Below, in pieces: positions 10,171 through 20,425 of a DNA stretch of 64,000 nt. Made by a program: the position numbers and the translations under genes. The notes beneath the pieces were generated by a model, which was not told the DNA's origin, did no database searches, and saw only the letters and a program-made list of their open reading frames with translations. Position 1 is the stretch's first letter, and each line of letters begins with the position of its first letter. The DNA comes from a virus: positions 90,124-154,123 of the IMG/VR virus record IMGVR_UViG_3300003873_000002. One strand, 5' to 3'.

Positions 10171-10217
10171 TAAGGTATAATACATAAAGAGAAATAAAAA
10201 ATAAAACGAGCACTATT

Positions 10218-10634
10218 ATGAAAATCGATCCTATTAATGTTGTACAGACGCGTATTATTATGGCACAAGAAAACTCAAATAAAGAAAATACAAAAATACT
10301 TGATTTGAATGCAAAAAAAGAACGAGGTGATTCTGTCGATATAAGTCTTGAGGCATATAAAAGACTATCAAAAAATAAACCTATTGAAAATAGGAAAACT
10401 GATGGTACTAGCACTAATGGGATTACAAAAGACCACAACCAACCAAACATTCTAGACCATAAACAAACACAAATGATGTTTGTAAAAAAGGAAGGTGTTA
10501 AGGATATGGTTGTAGTATTTAAAGATAAAAAGACTGGCGATGTAGTAGCAGAAATACCGAGCAAAAATGCAATTGAGAATAATAAAAGACTTAAAAATTT
10601 TTTAGATAACATTACACTCGATTTATTAGCTTAA
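10218..10634 (+). CDS. flaG: FlaG family protein
   Basis: C-terminal MVVVFKDKKTGDVVAEIPSK matches the FlaG core; canonical position directly after flagellin. Confidence 0.7.
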   Translation: MKIDPINVVQTRIIMAQENSNKENTKILDLNAKKERGDSVDISLEAYKRLSKNKPIENRKTDGTSTNGITKDHNQPNILDHKQTQMMFVKKEGVKDMVVVFKDKKTGDVVAEIPSKNAIENNKRLKNFLDNITLDLLA

Positions 10635-10687
10635 ATACATTGAAATACAATGAGACACATCAATAAAATCAATCTATGGGGACAACA

Positions 10688-10798
10688 ATGACAGTAACAG
10701 AGATTAAGGAAAAGATTAGAATAGCTGAATCATCAGGTGATATTAATGAAGCTAATAAACTGAGAGAAGAATTGGCAAAAATGGTAGTTAATTCGTGA
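10688..10798 (+). CDS. Small hypothetical helical protein (36 aa)
   Basis: MTVTEIKEKIRIAESSGDINEANKLREELAKMVVNS; GGGG RBS; GTGA overlap with the next ORF. Confidence 0.45.
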   Translation: MTVTEIKEKIRIAESSGDINEANKLREELAKMVVNS

Positions 10799-11010
10799 TT
10801 GAAGAAATTAACTTAGACCGCATTAATTCTAATAAAAAAATTATCACAATTCTCACTTCGGTTGGCATTAAAACCAATGGGGCAAAAAAGTGGTTAGTGG
10901 ATAATACTGATGATATTATAGGAGTGTTGCAACAAAATAATGAACCATATATATTCACAATAAAAGAATATGAATTATTGCGCACTGAATTAATTAAAAA
11001 ACAAAAATAA
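10795..11010 (+). CDS. Hypothetical protein
   Basis: 71 aa ORF coupled to the preceding small ORF. Confidence 0.45.
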   Translation: MIEEINLDRINSNKKIITILTSVGIKTNGAKKWLVDNTDDIIGVLQQNNEPYIFTIKEYELLRTELIKKQK

Positions 11011-11038
11011 CCAATACAATTATGCGTCTGAAGAACCA

Positions 11039-11656
11039 ATGAAATATCGATATAAAACTTCATCTTTATCTGTGAATAGATTGCAGAGACTTAGTATGCA
11101 CTCAATGTTTCAAAACGAAACAAAAATTAGAGCCAGAGGGGTTGGTGGGTTTAAGTATATAGGGTACAGATTTGTTTATCACACCACCTCATCCCAGCGA
11201 TTTAAAAAAAGATGGAAGAATTTAGAAGGTACACCACTTGAGGTGCATATTAAATTGTATTTTTATGTAACTGGGGCCAAATATAAAGGCAAAAAGCGCG
11301 AAAGGTATTTGATTTGTGCTCAATTTCCATATAGTCGTGATTTCAAAACACTTAAAAATTTATATGATTTACCCGTAAAATTATTTTCATCAGACCCATC
11401 ATTTAAGTATTATTTTTCATATGCACTGAATAAACATAATGCTGTCATAACAGATGAAAATGTTATATTAAGACATCTCGGAAAATCTTTAACAAATATA
11501 CCAAAAAAACGGAACCCAAACCTTAATACAGAACTCACAAAACATTTTTATAAATTTTTTATATTTGCAAAAACAAAAAGACCAAATGATATATTAAAAA
11601 AACAATATAACCTTGGTAAAAAATTTAATATGCCAATTAAAAATAAAAATGTGTAA
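11039..11656 (+). CDS. Hypothetical basic protein
   Basis: 205 aa, K/R-rich, no family recognised. Confidence 0.6.
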   Translation: MKYRYKTSSLSVNRLQRLSMHSMFQNETKIRARGVGGFKYIGYRFVYHTTSSQRFKKRWKNLEGTPLEVHIKLYFYVTGAKYKGKKRERYLICAQFPYSRDFKTLKNLYDLPVKLFSSDPSFKYYFSYALNKHNAVITDENVILRHLGKSLTNIPKKRNPNLNTELTKHFYKFFIFAKTKRPNDILKKQYNLGKKFNMPIKNKNV

Positions 11657-11717
11657 TTTATTTGATAATTAAATAATTTTAATACAACAAACATAACAAA
11701 CACAATAAGGCTAAACG

Positions 11718-11912
11718 ATGTTAAGACAAATAATAAAAGAAGCACTTAGTGGTGATAGAGAACAATATATAAAATATTTTAACGGTTTACTTGATAAATA
11801 TAACGTATCATCACCGAGCGAACTTTCAGTTAAAGACAAAGCAAAATTTTTTAATGATGTTGATGCTGGTTGGGTGTCAAAAAAGGAATTAGCAAAAAAG
11901 AAAAATAAATAA
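11718..11912 (+). CDS. Small T4-like phage protein, possible internal head protein
   Basis: YIKYFNGLLDKYNVSSPSELS..KAKFFNDVD resembles a module recalled from T4-like head-associated proteins; IKE near the N-terminus. Confidence 0.5.
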   Translation: MLRQIIKEALSGDREQYIKYFNGLLDKYNVSSPSELSVKDKAKFFNDVDAGWVSKKELAKKKNK

Positions 11913-11935
11913 ATATCAAGAAAGGAAATAAAAGC

Positions 11936-12043
11936 ATGAAGGATTTTTTTAAAAAAATTTTAAAAATTATTAGCCCTACTAAAAAAACAAACGATAATTT
12001 TTCATCATACCGCAGAACTACTAGACGCCATATAAATAAATAA
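11936..12043 (+). CDS. Small basic hypothetical protein (35 aa)
   Basis: AAGGA RBS, MKDFFKKILKIISP... Confidence 0.35.
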   Translation: MKDFFKKILKIISPTKKTNDNFSSYRRTTRRHINK

Positions 12044-12100
12044 TAAACTGTTATAAACTGTTATAAACTGTTATAAACTGTTATAAACTGTTATAAACTG
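12043..12100. repeat. 10-bp tandem repeat (ATAAACTGTT)n, representative of many intergenic arrays
   Basis: Directly visible; similar 9-12 bp arrays occur at many gene junctions (see findings). Confidence 0.9.
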
Positions 12101-12109
12101 CTGTAAAAA

Positions 12110-12622
12110 ATGAATATAAAACACTCCCATACAGATTTGATGATTTTGAACCGCAAAGATATAAAAACAGTGCGTTCATATTTGTTATCAATACAAAATT
12201 CAATATGCCCATTATGTGGGTATCATATAGATGAAGCTGATGCAGTTCTTGACCACCAACACCGGACAAAATTGGAAACAATCGGTGTTAATGGCGCTGG
12301 TCTTGTAAGAGGTGTTCTTCATAGGAATTGTAATTCAGCTGAAGGTCAATTGCTTAGCAAATTTAAGCGAAGTGGTGTTAAAGATATTAAATTCGCTGAT
12401 TTCCTTAGAAAACTTGCTAATTATTACGAAGAAACTAATTATAATTTAATACACCCTAACGAAACAGAAGCCCCCGCTAAAATGGGTAAAAGACTATTTA
12501 ATAGAATATCAAAAGCATATAGTGTTAAATACCCTAAAAGAAAACCACTCGAATATCCCAAATCAGGGTTATTAACTAAAAAATTCCAAGATTTAATCGA
12601 AGAATTGGAAATTAGCAAATAA
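12110..12622 (+). CDS. gp49: Recombination endonuclease VII
   Basis: CPLC, AVLDHQH, GLVRGVLHRNCNSAEG. Confidence 0.9.
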   Translation: MNIKHSHTDLMILNRKDIKTVRSYLLSIQNSICPLCGYHIDEADAVLDHQHRTKLETIGVNGAGLVRGVLHRNCNSAEGQLLSKFKRSGVKDIKFADFLRKLANYYEETNYNLIHPNETEAPAKMGKRLFNRISKAYSVKYPKRKPLEYPKSGLLTKKFQDLIEELEISK

Positions 12623-12650
12623 AAAAATAAAAAAAAATAAAAAATAACTG

Positions 12651-12679
12651 TTGACTTGTATCAAGAAATATAGTATAAT
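12651..12679 (+). promoter_or_regulatory. Sigma-70-type promoter
   Basis: TTGACT-N17-TATAAT with upstream A-tract. Confidence 0.75.
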
Positions 12680-12707
12680 AATCTTATTAAAAATTTAGGA
12701 GATTACT

Positions 12708-13478
12708 ATGATTAATACACACAATACTGATAATATGTCTATTGATGGAAACATTGACGATGATTTTGTTCTTGATATTGAAGAAAAAGAAAACCTTTTA
12801 GTAGACGAAATTCATGACGACAACGAAACTGCTGAAAGTGAGATAAAAACATCAGGGGAATTTTTAAGGGGTGTTTCTAAAAAGGTTAATTATATTAATG
12901 ATTTAGAATTAACTACTAAGTTATTAAAAGAATCAAAAGAATATAAAGACTATGCATTGTTTAAAGAAAATAACCCCGGTGGTGAATATAAATATGTTAA
13001 AAGAGAAGCACCATCCGACGAGTTATGCCTGAATTTTCTTAAAATTTATGAAGGAATAACACGCAAACCAAATTTTAGTGGCTATTCCGATGATTATAAA
13101 GAAGAATTCTTTTCGAAAGCACAATATTTATTTATCAGACATTGGTTTAAATTTGATCCATTAAAAGTAAGAAAAAATTATGTTGTAAATCCGAATTCTA
13201 AATTAAAATCAGTTAATGATATAGAGGTTAAAAAATCAAAAAACGGTGTTAAACTAAAAGAAAAAATTGATGCGGGTGAATTAACATTAAAACCAGAAGA
13301 GGCGTTTGAAGGGGGTTTTAGCTGGTTTACAATGCTTTGTGCTACTGCATGTGTTGATAGTATCACAATGTTTAAAAACCGTAGAGAAAAACAACGCGCA
13401 TTAATTAAATCAGTAGTGGATAAAAATACACTAAGTGACGAGCAGATAAAATTCAATTATGACTGGATTGATTTATGA
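12708..13478 (+). CDS. gp55: Late-transcription sigma factor
   Basis: NYINDLEL, FLKIYEGITRKPNFSGYS, FDP...FSWFTMLC; acidic N-terminal extension. Confidence 0.8.
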   Translation: MINTHNTDNMSIDGNIDDDFVLDIEEKENLLVDEIHDDNETAESEIKTSGEFLRGVSKKVNYINDLELTTKLLKESKEYKDYALFKENNPGGEYKYVKREAPSDELCLNFLKIYEGITRKPNFSGYSDDYKEEFFSKAQYLFIRHWFKFDPLKVRKNYVVNPNSKLKSVNDIEVKKSKNGVKLKEKIDAGELTLKPEEAFEGGFSWFTMLCATACVDSITMFKNRREKQRALIKSVVDKNTLSDEQIKFNYDWIDL

Positions 13479-13540
13479 AATAAAACATATTAATTCTATA
13501 AAAACCCAGTGGAAACCCAGTAGAAATTCAGGGAAAATTC

Positions 13541-14050
13541 ATGGAAAATTCGAGGAAAAATATGGTTGATATTGAATTTACTGGCAGAATTGTTTTTAAT
13601 AACGCATTTCATAAGTTTATATGGGAAGAGTTTGTTTGTAAAGAGATCGATAATAAAAACGGTGTGTGGAGTGATGCTAGAAAACCACATCGTTTATGGA
13701 AAAATCTTCGTGTAGAATTAGATGAAAAATTAGAAATGGGTTTCACCGAATTAAAGGGGTGGGCAAAAAAGCCAGGTTATAGACTCCACAATACTGATTT
13801 TTATGCCAAATATAAAAATGTGTTATTAGATATTAAATCCGCATATAATATTTTAATGGGCGAATACAATGGGGATGATATATTCAAATATGCCCAGTTT
13901 CTCATTAACAGCGATAAGCACACTAAATTAACACCCTTAGAGATTGCGCATTTACATATGATATTTACTAAGCGACGTTGCAAATTCGCAGATTTAAAAA
14001 AAGATTTAAATGAAATAAAAAAAATTCAACAGCGTTGGAATATAATTTAA
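13541..14050 (+). CDS. Hypothetical protein
   Basis: 169 aa ORF, co-oriented. Confidence 0.55.
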   Translation: MENSRKNMVDIEFTGRIVFNNAFHKFIWEEFVCKEIDNKNGVWSDARKPHRLWKNLRVELDEKLEMGFTELKGWAKKPGYRLHNTDFYAKYKNVLLDIKSAYNILMGEYNGDDIFKYAQFLINSDKHTKLTPLEIAHLHMIFTKRRCKFADLKKDLNEIKKIQQRWNII

Positions 14051-14119
14051 AATAAATCGTGACTTTTTCAAGAGTATATGTTATAATATAATCTATACAA
14101 AAATAAATAGGGGATTTCT

Positions 14120-14899
14120 ATGAAACTTGTTGAATTATATAGTAGTTGTGTTGTTATTTCTATTGCGACATCATTATCAACTGTTATGTTGTATAATCAC
14201 CACACCAATGAAAACCACGCTAATCAAAGTATTAAAAATAATGTTAATCACACTCAAATCCCATTTGTTTCTGATTTAAAACACCTTCAACCAAATAAAA
14301 AAAGTAGTCCAATTGCACAACCACCACAACCACCACAACCACCACAACCACCACAACCACCACAACCACCACAACCACCACAACCACAACCAGATAAACA
14401 AGTGAAAGTGTCACCAGATAATGAATTGGAATATTTGACGGTTAAAACTAATTATATAAGCAGTGATTATAAATATGAATTAAATCTTCTAGCAGAAGCC
14501 ATGTTTTTTGAAGCACGCGGTGAGGGTAAAATGGGTGTAACAATGGTTTATGATGTGATTATGAACCGTGTGCACAACAAACATTTTAGTGATACTATAG
14601 AAGGTGTTATACGAAGACATAAGGCATTTAGTTATCGCCATGCATTTACATATATTGAAAGACAAAATATTATGAAAAAACATCAACACACATATAATAA
14701 AATCAAAAATATTGCAAACAAATTGCTTCATAGCAAAACTTATAGGGATTATACTCTAAATTCAGTTTACTATTTTAATTTCAATAAAGTGCACCCATCA
14801 TGGTATTCACATGAATATGTGACTGTAGTATACAAAAACCATGTATTTTTGAACGATTGTCGAAGAGCAACACAACCGCACACAATCGCACTTAAATAA
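14120..14899 (+). CDS. SleB/Hydrolase_2-family cell-wall hydrolase with N-terminal membrane anchor and PQP linker
   Basis: LLAEAMFFEARGE..VIMNRV..IEGVI..AFS, HVF; hydrophobic N-terminus; (CAACCACCA)n encodes QPP repeats. Confidence 0.85.
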   Translation: MKLVELYSSCVVISIATSLSTVMLYNHHTNENHANQSIKNNVNHTQIPFVSDLKHLQPNKKSSPIAQPPQPPQPPQPPQPPQPPQPPQPQPDKQVKVSPDNELEYLTVKTNYISSDYKYELNLLAEAMFFEARGEGKMGVTMVYDVIMNRVHNKHFSDTIEGVIRRHKAFSYRHAFTYIERQNIMKKHQHTYNKIKNIANKLLHSKTYRDYTLNSVYYFNFNKVHPSWYSHEYVTVVYKNHVFLNDCRRATQPHTIALK

Positions 14900-14961
14900 T
14901 AATTAATTAAATAAATCTAAATAAATCTAAATAAATTTATAAAATATCTCAGGAGATTAAA

Positions 14962-16629
14962 ATGGGTGGCAACGCTACAGGAACAAATAAAAAGACTGGA
15001 GTAGAAGTAGAAGCGGAAAAAATTCCTTTGAAACAAATTGGTCGATCAGAATTTACTAATAAATTCACATCAGTTTTTAAAGAATTAAATTCAATCTTTA
15101 AAAAAGAAAATAAAAAACCAATTTGGGTCGATGAAAATAAAATCACTACAGGTGAATTGTTTAACGGATCGACTTCATTTATTTTCGATGCCTCGATTCC
15201 TGACGATGAAATTGTTAAATATAAAGAGTTTGCTGGTGATATTGATATCATCGTCCCTGATAATTTAAAAACTGAATTATGGAATATGCTTGATAAATTA
15301 GAAGGCAATGAAGTTATCCCCGGCGTTACTTATATTGGATCAAATAAACCAACAGTTAAATCAATTGGTGACCAAATTAATGCTGTCTTTGTTGCAACAT
15401 TTAATGAATCAAAAATCGCGGTTCAGGTTGATTTTGAGTTTCTTGAAGTTGATGAAAATGGTTCACCATCTGAGTGGGCAAAATTTAGTCATAGTTCATC
15501 ATTCGAAGATGCAAAAAAGGATATTAAAGCAGTACACCACAAATATTTGTTACAATCATTGATTGGTGGTGCATCTATTAGAGATGATATTGTAATTGCA
15601 ACTCCATCATCTACACCAGAGAAAATTAGATTCAAGAAAATGAATGATTTACCACGTATGTTGAAATTTAGTGTTGGTCGTGGTATTCGAACTGCATATG
15701 AATTAATGTACGACATGGATGGTAATGTTATTCAACATAACGGAAAAGACGTATATAGGGAAATTCCGTCAAAATCAAGTAATTATGAAACAATCGTCGC
15801 TAACATCTATAAACTGGCATTTGGGCGTTTAGATGATAACAAAGATGATGTTAAATTATTCGGATCGTTTGTTGGTTTGATTGAATTAATGAAGAAGTAT
15901 TTAAATAAAAAACAGGTTCTTAATACATTGGATAGATATGTAGATAAATTATTCCGTGTAAAACCACCACGGGGTCAGGAATTGGAATCACATGATAAAG
16001 AATTAGATTACCGCGTTAAGATTGTTGGGTATGAATATTTCCTTAAACATTTAAACATTACTGATTCGAAATTAAAAGACAAATACAAAAACCAAATTGA
16101 TCTTTATTATAAGGAATGGAGAGGCAGACGCGATGAGAATTTGGTTAGGGGTATTATAGATAGTATCATTGAAAATCGAGTTAAAAATAGTAATGAAGAT
16201 GCTGTTGATGGTAGTGATATCACACCTGATGATATGAGCACAATTGCTAGTGTAGGTGCCCAACCAGTCATCAGTAATATTCTCGTTAGTGTCAAAAATA
16301 AGAATATTGATATTGGCGATGATATTGGCGATGATATCGGTGATGATATCGGTGATGATATCGGTGATGATGATGATATTGATATAGGTATTAGTGATGA
16401 TGATGCCAAAAGCATGGGTATTGATATTGATAATGGTGATGATGATGATGATATTTTACTTGAAAATGTATTAGATAAAACATTTAGTCTTGCGTGGTAT
16501 ATTACTACTATCGAGCCAGGTCTTGATTTCGTAAAACTTATTAATGAGTTACCTGAGGAAAATTCTGATTTGGAAGATTTGAATGATATTGTCGATGCTG
16601 TTATTGAGGCGTATAATATAGGACAATAA
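14962..16629 (+). CDS. Pol-beta-superfamily nucleotidyltransferase-like protein with acidic C-terminal tail
   Basis: NGS...AGDIDII...QVDFE pattern; MGGNA N-terminus; DDIG repeats. Confidence 0.55.
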   Translation: MGGNATGTNKKTGVEVEAEKIPLKQIGRSEFTNKFTSVFKELNSIFKKENKKPIWVDENKITTGELFNGSTSFIFDASIPDDEIVKYKEFAGDIDIIVPDNLKTELWNMLDKLEGNEVIPGVTYIGSNKPTVKSIGDQINAVFVATFNESKIAVQVDFEFLEVDENGSPSEWAKFSHSSSFEDAKKDIKAVHHKYLLQSLIGGASIRDDIVIATPSSTPEKIRFKKMNDLPRMLKFSVGRGIRTAYELMYDMDGNVIQHNGKDVYREIPSKSSNYETIVANIYKLAFGRLDDNKDDVKLFGSFVGLIELMKKYLNKKQVLNTLDRYVDKLFRVKPPRGQELESHDKELDYRVKIVGYEYFLKHLNITDSKLKDKYKNQIDLYYKEWRGRRDENLVRGIIDSIIENRVKNSNEDAVDGSDITPDDMSTIASVGAQPVISNILVSVKNKNIDIGDDIGDDIGDDIGDDIGDDDDIDIGISDDDAKSMGIDIDNGDDDDDILLENVLDKTFSLAWYITTIEPGLDFVKLINELPEENSDLEDLNDIVDAVIEAYNIGQ

Positions 16630-16631
16630 AA

Positions 16632-17942
16632 ATGTTTATTTCTAAAATATTAAAGAACATGAGAAGGTGCGAACAAGATGATTCAAATACATCGCACACT
16701 GTTAAAGGTGTTATACATGAAATGATCATTCATGCAAAACTTGAACGCATTAAAAATAAACTTGATGAAGATTCGAGTAACATTTCAATATCACAAAATA
16801 TCTATAACTTTCTTAAAAGTATAAAAACTGATGATATTAATATCAAAGCGATGATTAAAGATATGATGGTATCTTATTTTATTCATAATGATAAATATGC
16901 AACATACCTTAAAAATTATTTTGTTAATGAATTAAATCTGGATAAAAAACTGATAGAAAGTCTTGAAAATAAATTGAGAAGACGCGGTGTTACTAGCGAT
17001 TTCTATAAAATAATGAAAAAATTATTTATTTTTGATGATAATGGTTTTTTGTCCTCTACAAATGACAAACGCCCAGATTATAATGAAATTAACGCAAATG
17101 GATTTATTTCAGATTATTCAAAACCACTTTGTAATAAAATACAAAATACAACAGGAATAAATTCTGATATAATCGAATCTGTGTTTAGTGTTGTTGCGAA
17201 CCATAGTGGTGTTGTCGGTGGTCTTGGTGTTGGTAAATATGAAATAGCACTTATTATTTTCTTTAAAGGTGGTAAAAGTGCCGTTAAAGGCGATGTAATG
17301 TTAAACGATAAAAACGTTGAAGTCAAGGTGGGTAATGCGCGGTTAGGCAGTAATCTTAAAAATCATGCTGATGAAACACAAAGATTTTTAAAACTTACCT
17401 TTGATGCTGATACTGTGACTAGAAATGATGCGCCAATGCCAGTAAGTGTATTAGAATTTATGTGTGATGTTGTTGGAGCCACTAAACAGGATGCAAGTAG
17501 CACTGTGGTTAAAAATTCATTAAACTTTGTTGAAAAAAATATGATGACTCTTATTAATTATGTGACATCAACAAAGAAATATAATATAAACCTTAAAAAG
17601 TTTGTTAATTTTTATACAGCGAACTTTGTTAGTGAGATTTATGGTGGGGATTATAAAAAATACAACAGTGCTTTTTATAATGCATTTAAATCCAAAGATA
17701 TACAAAAGGATGTCATACCATTACTTGCTGCAACATCATTAATTTTATATAAAGAGTCCGAAGGGTTTAATATTTTTATTTTTATAAGTGGTACTGGTAA
17801 ATCTGCATTGAGCATAAATAAATTTACTGAAAAAGGCGTAGATGCCGCTATGAGAACATTTATCAAAAATGGTGGGAAAATTAACGGTACAACTGCATCA
17901 TCGAACCCAACAGGTGTTCGAATGAAATTGGGTGCCAAATAA
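16632..17942 (+). CDS. Hypothetical protein with possible PD-(D/E)xK nuclease motif
   Basis: GVGKYEIAL...KGDV.....VEVK. Confidence 0.45.
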   Translation: MFISKILKNMRRCEQDDSNTSHTVKGVIHEMIIHAKLERIKNKLDEDSSNISISQNIYNFLKSIKTDDINIKAMIKDMMVSYFIHNDKYATYLKNYFVNELNLDKKLIESLENKLRRRGVTSDFYKIMKKLFIFDDNGFLSSTNDKRPDYNEINANGFISDYSKPLCNKIQNTTGINSDIIESVFSVVANHSGVVGGLGVGKYEIALIIFFKGGKSAVKGDVMLNDKNVEVKVGNARLGSNLKNHADETQRFLKLTFDADTVTRNDAPMPVSVLEFMCDVVGATKQDASSTVVKNSLNFVEKNMMTLINYVTSTKKYNINLKKFVNFYTANFVSEIYGGDYKKYNSAFYNAFKSKDIQKDVIPLLAATSLILYKESEGFNIFIFISGTGKSALSINKFTEKGVDAAMRTFIKNGGKINGTTASSNPTGVRMKLGAK

Positions 17943-18014
17943 TTGGACTTAATTGAGACTAAATTAAGTCTAATTATGTGGGCTTAAATTAAATTAAACA
18001 AAAGAAGAATTTTT

Positions 18015-19610
18015 ATGTTAAAGAAAATTGTAGAAAATGCAAAAAACCACAGATCTGAAAATATTTTAGAAGCAAAAATGTTGGATATCAGTATTAAAAC
18101 CGTTAATAAATTTGCTACAAATCCAAATAAATGCTCTGTATTTCTTAGTGAGCCGGTTGATGTTTATCAAAAAACCGATGGTGTGAAGATTACATTAATC
18201 CGCACAGACACATCGTACGATAATACAATTGACGGTTTTTATAGGAACTGGGTTGTTGCATATAAAAACAATATTCTTTTTCATGACGAGTACAACTATG
18301 CCACACATAAAGATATTCACCATACTGTGGGTGCATCACAATTTAGTGTAGTATTAAAACATTTTTTGTCATTGCATATCAGAGGTGCCCTTAAATCAAT
18401 AAAGAAAAACACTGAGTATCTTATTGAATTTTTAATGAAAAAGCCGACACTTTCAAGTAACTATAAAACCAAGCATGGCATGGTATTAATAGGATATGCA
18501 AGAAGCTCTTATAAGATTAAAAATGGTAAAGTAACATCTACACCAAAATTATTTAAAACCATCGGTAGGGAGTCAATTGCGAGCGTATTTGATATTGATG
18601 TGCCCATGCATGTGTTCTCTGGTGTCCTTGGTGATTTTGATAATTTCCAGAAAAATATTATCGATACTAGGTTAGCACCAATCTTCTTAAAGTATAAAGC
18701 TAGTTTAGAATCTGCACCAGATAGTTGTAGTGTTATAGATATCATGAGAAATGTTTTTATTGAGCTAGAATCTGTTTATGGGGGCAATGAAGAAGGTGTT
18801 GTTATTACTGCAAAAAACAAATCATTTAATCTAAAATTTCAACAGGATTACCAAGTCGATCAAAAAGCCAGACAAATTATTAAAATGAAGCACCGAATGG
18901 ACGCTAAAAACAACGAAATATATTGGGAAAATGTTAGAAATTTCGCAGATGGGATTATTAAAGAGCTTGATATTAAAATGGGTGATACTACACCATTAAG
19001 AACTTTGCTTAGTAGAGTAAGCAATTTATTAACTCAAACCAGAATTGATATAGATTTTAAAAATAGTAAAAAAACAATGAGTACCATTGTTGATGATATC
19101 CAACTAACAATCAAATCAAAAATAATCAGAATGTTAGCCGGTAATAATGGTGCATTAATTATTGGTAAATTTAGAGTGCTTACAAATGCGCACACAAAAA
19201 TGATTAATGATGCACTTAAAAAATATGATACTGTTAATGTAGCTATTATCTCAAATAAAAATACCAAGAAAAATTTGCCTGTTATTGTCAAAATGATTGG
19301 ACTTACATTCGGTAGCAAAATTAATGTAGCGTTTGCAAGTACTGGCAATATTATTACATTGCTAGGCAAATTTGATGATAATATTAATACTGTTATAGCA
19401 GGCACCGATCGTGTGGAAGCTTATAAAAAACAACTACTGAGATCACCTGATATGAATATAGAGGAAATTGTGAGAAAAGATATAGATATCTCAGCGACTA
19501 AGGTAATCAAATCATTATCAGATGGTGATGAGTTCTTTTTAGCAAACACGCCGGAGCCAATACATGGCATGTACAACGAATTAAAACACATATATGTTGA
19601 TAACCAATAA
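18015..19610 (+). CDS. Fusion of ATP-dependent ligase-like domain and HIGH-type (cytidylyltransferase-like) nucleotidyltransferase
   Basis: QKTDG (motif I), EEGVVI (IV), LKFQ (V); C-terminal GKFRVLTNAH, AGTDR, ISATKV. Confidence 0.6.
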   Translation: MLKKIVENAKNHRSENILEAKMLDISIKTVNKFATNPNKCSVFLSEPVDVYQKTDGVKITLIRTDTSYDNTIDGFYRNWVVAYKNNILFHDEYNYATHKDIHHTVGASQFSVVLKHFLSLHIRGALKSIKKNTEYLIEFLMKKPTLSSNYKTKHGMVLIGYARSSYKIKNGKVTSTPKLFKTIGRESIASVFDIDVPMHVFSGVLGDFDNFQKNIIDTRLAPIFLKYKASLESAPDSCSVIDIMRNVFIELESVYGGNEEGVVITAKNKSFNLKFQQDYQVDQKARQIIKMKHRMDAKNNEIYWENVRNFADGIIKELDIKMGDTTPLRTLLSRVSNLLTQTRIDIDFKNSKKTMSTIVDDIQLTIKSKIIRMLAGNNGALIIGKFRVLTNAHTKMINDALKKYDTVNVAIISNKNTKKNLPVIVKMIGLTFGSKINVAFASTGNIITLLGKFDDNINTVIAGTDRVEAYKKQLLRSPDMNIEEIVRKDIDISATKVIKSLSDGDEFFLANTPEPIHGMYNELKHIYVDNQ

Positions 19611-19643
19611 CATCAAACAATGATAGATTAATAAGAGTCTTAT

Positions 19644-20360
19644 ATGCGCACAATTAATACCTCATACTTTGTAGAGTATAAACGTTTATATAAATTAGTC
19701 CATGAAGAAAATAAAAAAAATCTCGACACATTGAATTTGGTTAAGTTTCGCTTTATTCCACTTGAAGTTTTTCATACAGATATCCGGAACCTTTTTAATA
19801 AATATCTTGATGCTAATATTACAGAGATAAACTCGCCAGAAAATTATATGTATATTTCACCATCTGATTTTAAAAAGGCAAATGATTTGCTAGATAAAAT
19901 ATTTGGTAAAAATAAATTCTTGATCGCACATAGCATGAATAAAATTAAAAAAGATATACCAGAATATAATGAATTGGTAAGTGAGTATCCAACACTAGAA
20001 AAGAATGGTAGTTTCAAGTGTGATGTGTGTGGTCATATCGTTGATAACAAATTGAAAAAAATAGATGATATTGATTTGAAACCAATAAATAACGATGAAT
20101 ACATTTATGATATTTCAGGCTATGATAATAAAATGATTAAAATTGTTATAAATATGCCGAAAAATAAAACAATGGGCATTTATTTTATGGACGCTTATAA
20201 AAAACCCATAGAATCAGTGCAATTTGATATATTAAGCACGAATGATAGATTTTCAACAGGCCAAATAAATTGTGAGTTGAAAAATGAATATAAATATCTC
20301 GGTTTTTATAAAAAAGGTGTAGAAAATGAGCACATAAACCGTGGTAGATTTATGCGTTAA
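19644..20360 (+). CDS. Hypothetical protein
   Basis: 238 aa ORF, one CDVC motif. Confidence 0.55.
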   Translation: MRTINTSYFVEYKRLYKLVHEENKKNLDTLNLVKFRFIPLEVFHTDIRNLFNKYLDANITEINSPENYMYISPSDFKKANDLLDKIFGKNKFLIAHSMNKIKKDIPEYNELVSEYPTLEKNGSFKCDVCGHIVDNKLKKIDDIDLKPINNDEYIYDISGYDNKMIKIVINMPKNKTMGIYFMDAYKKPIESVQFDILSTNDRFSTGQINCELKNEYKYLGFYKKGVENEHINRGRFMR

Positions 20361-20425
20361 TCTCAATAAACAGCATTAAACAGCATTAAATAAAAACATC
20401 AATATACATCAATATACATCAATAA

